DNA of 64,000 bases, taken from positions 32,001-96,000 of IMG/VR virus record IMGVR_UViG_3300027754_005987. One strand, 5' to 3'. Source of the DNA: a virus. Made by a program: the position numbers and the translations under genes. The notes under the pieces were generated by a model, which was not told where the DNA came from, did no database searches, and saw nothing but the letters and a program-made list of their open reading frames with translations. Shown piece after piece: positions 57,471 through 64,000 of this stretch. Numbering within the stretch: the stretch's first letter is position 1; every line of letters starts with the position of its first letter.

Positions 57471-58654
57471 TATAGTGTTTCAATATATTGGTTAACAATG
57501 TTATTAATATCTAATTTTTTTATCGCATCAATATCACCACTTAATTCAATAACTGACGATAATGGGTTTTCTTGAACACTAGTAAACAATCCATTTGTGA
57601 ATTTGGTATTAACAATAGAAATACCATTGTATAGTTTATTCATATGTTCAATAATACCATCATCATATACATGGATGATATCAAAGTTATAATCTTTCAC
57701 TTTATAAAGCATGTTTGGTTGTGATGGAACATCACCATCTTTAGTTTTAAGAACCCATTTACCATCACCTAATGCAAATCCTGGAGGTTGCTGTATTGGC
57801 GCTAAATTAATACCGTTATTTTTAGCAATTGAACCTATCTTTCCATTTATGTTAGAACAAATAGTAACATCATGGTTTTCTTTTTTTAATTTTGATGCAA
57901 TTTCTAACATTATATTACTTTTAGGTAAGGTATCATCAAAAGATAAACTAGTCATTAGTATTTTTAATTTTTCACCCTTTCTTAAGGTTTTTTTAATTTT
58001 TACTGGTAGGTTTTCTTTAAATGTTTCAGCGAAAATAATTCTATTTTTATCCCATGATTCATTTGTCATACCTATTGATTTATGGTTAACCCTAACAATT
58101 GTCGACACACCTATTTTAACACCTTTTAAATAATTCTCAAAACAAAAAGTAACATCATAAAAATGAAAACCTTCTACTGATTCGTTAAAATTAGTTTTAA
58201 GTCTAGTTTTATCAACAGCAAAGAAAACACCATCAACAATCACAACTTCTTCTAATCCAAGACCTAAATCATCAGAATAAGCTGATAACCATGACTTACC
58301 TTCATGTGTATGTTTTACTCTACCATACATTTTTCTTTTATCTTCCCACCATTGTCCGCTGCTAGCCATATATTTTGTACCAGCAACACCAATAACACCA
58401 TATTCTGGATTTTTTTCAAACTGTTTTATCAATTTATTACCCCATTGTTTTGTTTCAATATTTAAATCATCATGACAAAACACAACGATGTTGTTTTTAG
58501 CCTGTTTTAACCCCTTATTATATGATTTTGTTAAGCTTTCACCATTATTGATAATCTCAATAACTTCAATATGTTTGTGAAGACCAGAAGACTTTATTAA
58601 GTGCTCTTTATGTTCTGGATTTGTTTTTCTAGTACAATATACAACTGTTATCAT
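57470..58654 (-). CDS. GT-A glycosyltransferase fused to a partial GT-B-like domain
   Basis: SL...YN.GL, VFCHDD, GVIGVAG, DGVF, FHFYD, VNHKS.G; C-terminal KLKILMT...HDVTI...FDIIH. Confidence 0.8.
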   Translation of the reverse strand: MITVVYCTRKTNPEHKEHLIKSSGLHKHIEVIEIINNGESLTKSYNKGLKQAKNNIVVFCHDDLNIETKQWGNKLIKQFEKNPEYGVIGVAGTKYMASSGQWWEDKRKMYGRVKHTHEGKSWLSAYSDDLGLGLEEVVIVDGVFFAVDKTRLKTNFNESVEGFHFYDVTFCFENYLKGVKIGVSTIVRVNHKSIGMTNESWDKNRIIFAETFKENLPVKIKKTLRKGEKLKILMTSLSFDDTLPKSNIMLEIASKLKKENHDVTICSNINGKIGSIAKNNGINLAPIQQPPGFALGDGKWVLKTKDGDVPSQPNMLYKVKDYNFDIIHVYDDGIIEHMNKLYNGISIVNTKFTNGLFTSVQENPLSSVIELSGDIDAIKKLDINNIVNQYIETL

Positions 58655-58708
58655 GTTTTTTTATTTTAAAGATACTTAAAAGTTTTTACATAGTAAAGCA
58701 ATTAAAAC

Positions 58709-58738
58709 AAAAAAAACCTATAATTACTTATAGGTTTT
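58709..58738 (-). terminator. Intrinsic terminator after dut
   Basis: aaaacctataa-ttac-ttataggtttt with U-tract on the minus strand. Confidence 0.8.
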
Positions 58739-58760
58739 AATTTATTTTAAAAAATAATAC

Positions 58761-59336
58761 TTATTGTATTCCAGTGCTACCAAAACCACCAGAACCACGT
58801 TCTGTATCGGTGTTTATGTTATTAACTCTATTTAAATTTATTAGATTTTTGCCAGTCACTGAAGAAATAACCGCTTGTGCTATTCTATCACCATTGTTTA
58901 TGGTAAAATCTTCTTTACCATGGTTAATCAATAAAACACCAATTTCCCCAGTATAGTCACTGTCTATGGTTCCAATTCCATTAAGCACACAAACACCGTG
59001 TTTATACGCTAAACCGCTTCTACTTCTAACTTGTATCTCAAAATTATCTGGAATATTAAAATACAGTCCAGTTTTTATTAACATATATTCACCAGATTTT
59101 ATCACCAAAGTTTCAGTTAAATTAGCTCTCAAATCAAAACCAGAAGAACCAGCTGTGGCATATTCTGGGTCTGGATTATTAGATTCATTAACAAAGTCAA
59201 AGTTAAATTTATATTGATTATCATCCAATGAATAATCTTTATTAAATTCTTCAATAAAATCTTCTTGTGAATAACCGCTATCTGGGTCAAGTATTAATAG
59301 AGCTTTAGCTCTCATTTCATCTAAATTTATTTTCAT
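58761..59336 (-). CDS. dut: Trimeric dUTPase
   Basis: GSSGFDL, RSRSGLA, GTIDSDYTGE, GDRIAQ, RGSGGFGSTG. Confidence 0.96.
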   Translation of the reverse strand: MKINLDEMRAKALLILDPDSGYSQEDFIEEFNKDYSLDDNQYKFNFDFVNESNNPDPEYATAGSSGFDLRANLTETLVIKSGEYMLIKTGLYFNIPDNFEIQVRSRSGLAYKHGVCVLNGIGTIDSDYTGEIGVLLINHGKEDFTINNGDRIAQAVISSVTGKNLINLNRVNNINTDTERGSGGFGSTGIQ

Positions 59337-59902
59337 TATTTATTTTTTCCTTCTTGACTTTTTATTGCTAAAACACTACCCATTTTTAATAATTGACCAA
59401 TCATTGAATTATGGAATTCAGACATCTTATCATCCGTCTTATCAAAATTCAAAATAGCAACATATTCTTCTTCAGTTAAACTAATCCCATGAGTTGTAAG
59501 ATAATAAACACTTCTTTCACTAACACGCATAGATATTAAATCATTATTGAATTCATACATCTTACCTTGATTTTTACGATGCCATTCTGATTCACATGGT
59601 TTGTATAGTTTAGCTTTACCTATTTGATGTAACAAACATACTTTAACCAATGAATTTTGGTCAACTTTTTCATCTTCAGGTAATGATTTATTAATCAATA
59701 CTGCATATTTAGCAACATTAAGCAAATGCTCAATAAGCCCACCTTCAAAAGCATTATGAAAATCAGCCATATTAGTAGCTGGTGCTTTGATGAAATCTTC
59801 ACCTAAAAAGGTTGTTAGTTCATCATTCATGAAACCTAGTTTTGTTGCAGTATCAAAATACTTTTTAGTATTCGATACAATTCTTTCTTTGTCTAAACTC
59901 AT
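59336..59902 (-). CDS. HD-domain-like protein (HD replaced by HQ)
   Basis: APA.....H.AFEGGLIEH...LLHQIGK. Confidence 0.7.
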   Translation of the reverse strand: MSLDKERIVSNTKKYFDTATKLGFMNDELTTFLGEDFIKAPATNMADFHNAFEGGLIEHLLNVAKYAVLINKSLPEDEKVDQNSLVKVCLLHQIGKAKLYKPCESEWHRKNQGKMYEFNNDLISMRVSERSVYYLTTHGISLTEEEYVAILNFDKTDDKMSEFHNSMIGQLLKMGSVLAIKSQEGKNK

Positions 59903-59930
59903 TGTAATTTATTTATAAGCGTTATTTTTA

Positions 59931-59961
59931 CAAATATACTACTTATTTTTCGAAGATTCAA
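59931..59961 (-). promoter_or_regulatory. Bacteroidota-type promoter
   Basis: TTG-N20-TATATTTG. Confidence 0.7.
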
Positions 59962-60601
59962 TGTTTTTCATAAAAGAATTAAATTTTTCTGCACCAACCA
60001 TAGCATCTAAGTTTAGAATACCTTTGATAGATACCTCTTTCACATAGGTTTCCAAGTCATCTTGTGTTGTCTCATAAAAAACAGAACTAGTCATTGGTCT
60101 TTCTTGTTTGTTTTTAGGTATGATGATACCTTGTTTAGCATCAAGCATTTTCTTTTGGTAGTTAAGTGCTTCAGTTGCGTTATCACGGTCTTTGTTTATA
60201 ACATATGTTAACGTTGGGTTGTTTGGATTAAGATTTTCATTATGAATTTCAATAATCTCTGGCTCATATAACATTGGTGTTTTGTTATTGAAAAGCATTT
60301 CACGTCTGTTAGCCAACAAGTCTTTTGTTAAGTTTTCATGGTTTGTTTGTTCCAATGATGTTGTATACATAAGCTTTGTAACTTTTGCGTGATTGGCGAA
60401 TCCTTGACTAAAAGCATCTTTTTCCCTTTTGATTTCATCCAATCTAGCTTTTTCTTCTTTACGAACTAAATTAGGTTTAGTAACCTTTCTATACCAAAGA
60501 CTTGCTATAGGGTTTTTTACATACTTAAACCATACTGTACTAGCAAGTGATTTAATCTTGCTAGCAACTGATAGTTTATTTTTCTTTACTGTTTTTTTCA
60601 T
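59939..60601 (-). CDS. Hypothetical protein
   Basis: 220-aa ORF, coupled by ATGA overlap. Confidence 0.7.
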   Translation of the reverse strand: MKKTVKKNKLSVASKIKSLASTVWFKYVKNPIASLWYRKVTKPNLVRKEEKARLDEIKREKDAFSQGFANHAKVTKLMYTTSLEQTNHENLTKDLLANRREMLFNNKTPMLYEPEIIEIHNENLNPNNPTLTYVINKDRDNATEALNYQKKMLDAKQGIIIPKNKQERPMTSSVFYETTQDDLETYVKEVSIKGILNLDAMVGAEKFNSFMKNIESSKNK

Positions 60602-63012
60602 GTGTTTGTTGTTTCTATTAAAACTTCATTATTATTAACTTGGTTATCTTCAACTAATTTAATGTATAATGCTCTTCTGTTTTCTGTTACTTTATCCATT
60701 GAATACGTATCTTTAACAGTTGCAAAAAGATTATCTTGAAGGGTCTTAACCAAATCAGGGTTTGTAATTAATTTCTTGATAGCGCTATACCAATCTTTAT
60801 GGTTTTTACTGCTTTCAACTAAAATACCATTAGCCTCTAAATCAAAACCACCACCAAATTTAATTGCGTTTTTAATGTCTATTTTATATGGACCAAAATC
60901 TTGAGCAATAATCGCTTTATGATGAAAACCAGCTTCAATAACTTTTAATTGACTTTTTACCTTGTTGAATATGTTTTCTTCGATAGGTGCCAATGAAATA
61001 TCAAATAGATTATAGTTAGAAGCATACGTTGAAATTGGTTTTGTCCAAACACGTCTATAAGATTCATTAGAAACATTAGGATATTCTTCTTGTCTAAATT
61101 TAAGTAAAAAATCTTTATATTCTGGACTAACAGATTTATAATCATCAGTAAATATCCTTTCATATTGATACCAAACGCTTTCCATTGGTTTGATAGCTCT
61201 TTGTGTTTGATTACCAGTTTTTTCATCAATCATAGTCATAGTACCTCTTAAGTCAAAACCACATAAAACAAATTGTACTTTATCAATTAAGTTATCACTT
61301 TTTAAACGACTAACAATACCATTTAGAATCTCTAAATCTTTTAAATGTGAATTACCAATCCACATAGCTTTACCGTTTCTTCTAACATAAATAATGTGAT
61401 TTTTAACTTCAACACAATAAACATTACCCTTATAATGTCTATTATATTGGTCTTCTGTTTTTATTAGCGGTGTATTTTTATTATGTTTACTAATATTAGG
61501 GTGTTTAGTAAAATTAACAACTAAAGAATCATATTGATTATTAATGGCTCTACCTTTAATTTCAGAAGTTCGTTTACCTCTGTTTGTTATAGTAGCAGAA
61601 ACACCTATTTTTAACGCAATTTCTTGTAAATCATTTGCTAATGAAGGTGAGCAAGTAAATGCTCTAGTCCTAGTATATTTATTATTTTCAACATGTCCAT
61701 CACCTTTAATAAACCAATCTAAAAATATAGTTAATTGTCTTGGTGATAAACCTAATACGTCTTTAGGTACAAATTTTTCATAAGCATCACCAAAGTTAGA
61801 TAAATACTCCCATAACTGTTTATCAAAAACCCTAATTTGGTGTTTATCTTTTGTATATTTTGGATTGAAACCCATTTTAATTAATAAATCATACATATAT
61901 GATAAATAACCATTATCTTTTACTTGGGCAATACCTACTTGATGTAACTCCTTTGTTTTACTAACCCAACCTTCAGCCATCCAGAAACCAAAAAATTCTA
62001 ACCAATTATCCATATCAATAAATTTATCCGAACCATATTTTTCAGATAACCCATTATATCGTTTTTTTGAAATTAATTTGTCAACATAGCTTTCATTTTC
62101 TTCATGTTCAGCATATTCATTTAACATAGGTAAAACAAAATATTTTTCTTCTTTACCAACCCAAATAGCATCTTTTTTAATATGGAAATTTTTACCATGT
62201 ACTTTTTCAGATTGAATTAATTCTAAATTTAATTTTTTATGTGTTAATGATTTAGCAACTGAAGCATACATATTATGGTTTGGTGTAACTTCATATTCAA
62301 CTAAACCATTTTTAGCACAGTTTAATTCACCCTCAAATGGTTCACATATATAACCAGTTGGTTCATGATATTCTATCGCATTTGTTAATGGATTTAATGT
62401 CGCAACAGTTTCAGTTTGATTTAACTTATCAAATCGTTTCCAACCTTCATTAGTCAAAATCTCAGTATCTGGTGTCATACAAGAACCACCTAGCCATCCA
62501 ATTCTAACACGACCATTTGATGGTTCTAAGTTTGGTGTGAATTGTTTTTCTGTTGGGTCAATAGCGTTAGGTAAAACATATACGTTTTTATTATACTTTG
62601 AAATTTCACTTGCAAATATATCAGTTGTTGTTGTAATATTTTCAGCAACTTTTAAATTTGCCAATATTTTCTCATCTAATTTAGCATTTTTAATCAAATG
62701 ATATGCTGGATGATGTGGTCCAGGTGCCCAATGGTCATCTAAATCCATTATGGAAATAATACCTAAATTTTTAAAATAATTAACAAGTGATTCCATTTGT
62801 TCATATTGACCAAGTGTTCTGTGATAATGTATAATATCATATTGTTTTAAAAATTCTACATTATTTAAATCTGGTTCGTAATCAACATCAACATGAAACT
62901 CATCTGGGTAATTATTTTCTAACGCTAAATGTGGGTTAGTTGAGCGATAATAACCAACACCTGTACGGTCTGATGGTACAACTAAAACTTTTATTTTTTT
63001 TCTTTTTTCCAT
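60598..63012 (-). CDS. GT-B glycosyltransferase-like protein containing an intein
   Basis: GVGYYR...P, MDLDDHW, VLPNAID, IGWLGGS|SH..DL, DISLAP...FNKVKS.LK.IE.G; 427 aa spliced. Confidence 0.85.
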   Translation of the reverse strand: MEKRKKIKVLVVPSDRTGVGYYRSTNPHLALENNYPDEFHVDVDYEPDLNNVEFLKQYDIIHYHRTLGQYEQMESLVNYFKNLGIISIMDLDDHWAPGPHHPAYHLIKNAKLDEKILANLKVAENITTTTDIFASEISKYNKNVYVLPNAIDPTEKQFTPNLEPSNGRVRIGWLGGSCMTPDTEILTNEGWKRFDKLNQTETVATLNPLTNAIEYHEPTGYICEPFEGELNCAKNGLVEYEVTPNHNMYASVAKSLTHKKLNLELIQSEKVHGKNFHIKKDAIWVGKEEKYFVLPMLNEYAEHEENESYVDKLISKKRYNGLSEKYGSDKFIDMDNWLEFFGFWMAEGWVSKTKELHQVGIAQVKDNGYLSYMYDLLIKMGFNPKYTKDKHQIRVFDKQLWEYLSNFGDAYEKFVPKDVLGLSPRQLTIFLDWFIKGDGHVENNKYTRTRAFTCSPSLANDLQEIALKIGVSATITNRGKRTSEIKGRAINNQYDSLVVNFTKHPNISKHNKNTPLIKTEDQYNRHYKGNVYCVEVKNHIIYVRRNGKAMWIGNSHLKDLEILNGIVSRLKSDNLIDKVQFVLCGFDLRGTMTMIDEKTGNQTQRAIKPMESVWYQYERIFTDDYKSVSPEYKDFLLKFRQEEYPNVSNESYRRVWTKPISTYASNYNLFDISLAPIEENIFNKVKSQLKVIEAGFHHKAIIAQDFGPYKIDIKNAIKFGGGFDLEANGILVESSKNHKDWYSAIKKLITNPDLVKTLQDNLFATVKDTYSMDKVTENRRALYIKLVEDNQVNNNEVLIETTNT
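61351..62481 (-). mobile_element. Intein (377 aa) with LAGLIDADG-type endonuclease, ending Gly-Asn
   Basis: Starts CMTPDTEILT, block B VTPNHNM, GFWMAEG and FIKGDG motifs, ends VYCVEV...WIGN with Ser+1. Confidence 0.9.
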
Positions 63013-63094
63013 AATTTAATTTTTTATTATATTTTTTTATTAATTAATAATCATTAATTAAGTTAAATATATATATTATAAAACATTTGTAAAT

Positions 63095-63123
63095 AAAAAA
63101 AGGGCTATAATAGCCCTCTTTTT
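63095..63123 (-). terminator. Intrinsic terminator
   Basis: agggcta-taa-tagccct with U-tract on the minus strand. Confidence 0.75.
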
Positions 63124-63142
63124 AAATTTATTTTAAATTATT

Positions 63143-63751
63143 TTATTTTTTAACGCTTAATTTACCTTCTTTAATTAAAACATTAATTGTTTTCTTAATA
63201 GCTGATTCAGTAATTCTTTTTTCATAATCTTCTCTTAAAAATTTAGAAATACCTTCTTGTATCATAGATTGTAATTGTTCATGGCTAATAGTAATCATAT
63301 TAGGATTAGCACTTTCACGTAAAAGCATTGCTTTTGGTTTTGGTTGTTCTTGTGCTTTAGGTTTAATACCTGTTAATTTAGTTATAGCTTCAGTTGTAAC
63401 TTTTGAAGGTGGTCCTTGTAATCTAGGTATTCTAGTTTTTAGCATAGCTTCTTTTATTGCTTGCGGTAAGTTAGACGACATAACTTGTTCATCAGTATAA
63501 TCACTTATCTGTGTTGGGTCACTGGTTGGTGCTTTATAATCACCATAGCTCATATCTTTTTCATCAGCTTCATCATAACCGTAATACTCTTCTTTTTTAT
63601 ATGAAGGTTCTGGAGAGTAAGATTCAACTAAACCGTTATCATTTCCAGATTGTTTTATTGGTTTGTTGGTCTCAACTTTTTCCATTACTTGTTTTGACCT
63701 AGCCAACAAACTTGCTAAAGCCCCTACAGGGACTGGTTTTGGTATTTCCAT
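63143..63751 (-). CDS. Hypothetical protein
   Basis: 202 aa; LPQAIKEAML..., LLRE and ITE junctions. Confidence 0.75.
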   Translation of the reverse strand: MEIPKPVPVGALASLLARSKQVMEKVETNKPIKQSGNDNGLVESYSPEPSYKKEEYYGYDEADEKDMSYGDYKAPTSDPTQISDYTDEQVMSSNLPQAIKEAMLKTRIPRLQGPPSKVTTEAITKLTGIKPKAQEQPKPKAMLLRESANPNMITISHEQLQSMIQEGISKFLREDYEKRITESAIKKTINVLIKEGKLSVKK

Positions 63752-63755
63752 AACT

Positions 63756-64000
63756 TTATTTTTTTATTTCTTTATTAGGTTTATATTGTGCTATTATACG
63801 TTTGAAGGTGTTAACAACCGTTTTTGGTAAAAAGTTACCTTTTTTATCACCATTTGGGTTATAATTATCAACTGGTTCATAAATAGTCATTTTTGTTGGA
63901 TACCAACCTTCAATTCTATCTATTCTGAATATTTTAGTTGCTGCGTTAGTATTCCCTTTTTTAGATGCACCACTAATTTGTTGTGCCCTAATTGCATAAT
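63756..64000 (-). CDS. C-terminal part of a WYL-like domain protein (5'-truncated; not in the ORF track)
   Basis: Manual translation YAIRAQQISGASKK...KIFRIDRIEGW...YNPNGDK...K*; FRxDRI is typical of WYL domains. Confidence 0.6.
   Translation of the reverse strand, partial: YAIRAQQISGASKKGNTNAATKIFRIDRIEGWYPTKMTIYEPVDNYNPNGDKKGNFLPKTVVNTFKRIIAQYKPNKEIKK

Noticed and set aside
1-64000. Alternative genetic code (stop-codon reassignment) as seen in some large phages
   Set aside because: Conserved genes are full length in the standard code, and TAA, TAG and TGA all end genes at sensible positions.
1-64000. CRISPR array, tRNA or rRNA genes
   Set aside because: No repeat-spacer periodicity or cloverleaf was recognised, and intergenic gaps are short and explained by promoters and terminators. 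A covariance-model scan was not possible.

Overview
This 64-kb window is from a very AT-rich, T4-related (myovirus-like) jumbo phage. The host is most likely in the Bacteroidota: seven TTG-N19/20-TAnnTTTG promoters are present and Shine-Dalgarno sites are not evident. It carries the head module (terminase large subunit, portal, prohead protease, scaffold, gp23-like major capsid protein), a gp5-like baseplate spike region, a sigma-factor-like protein, and host-like genes (ClpC, ThyA, PhoH, dUTPase, a PLP aminotransferase). It also has a ~16-kb island of glycosyltransferases and nucleotide-sugar enzymes, four inteins and three free-standing HNH/EndoVII nucleases. The most interesting signals are: (1) a likely programmed -1 frameshift joining two head-region ORFs into a ~1133-aa modular protein; (2) a shared 'IKxLLRE' leader and (L/I)xE junctions on unrelated effector-like proteins (ART-like, metallopeptidase, membrane proteins), suggesting a protease-processed capsid-cargo system; (3) a late-gene upstream motif, TATTTAT(A/T), that is the reverse complement of the T4 late promoter; (4) a class-3-type intein in ClpC and an intein in a glycosyltransferase. 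All product calls come from motif recognition by eye; no database searches were run.
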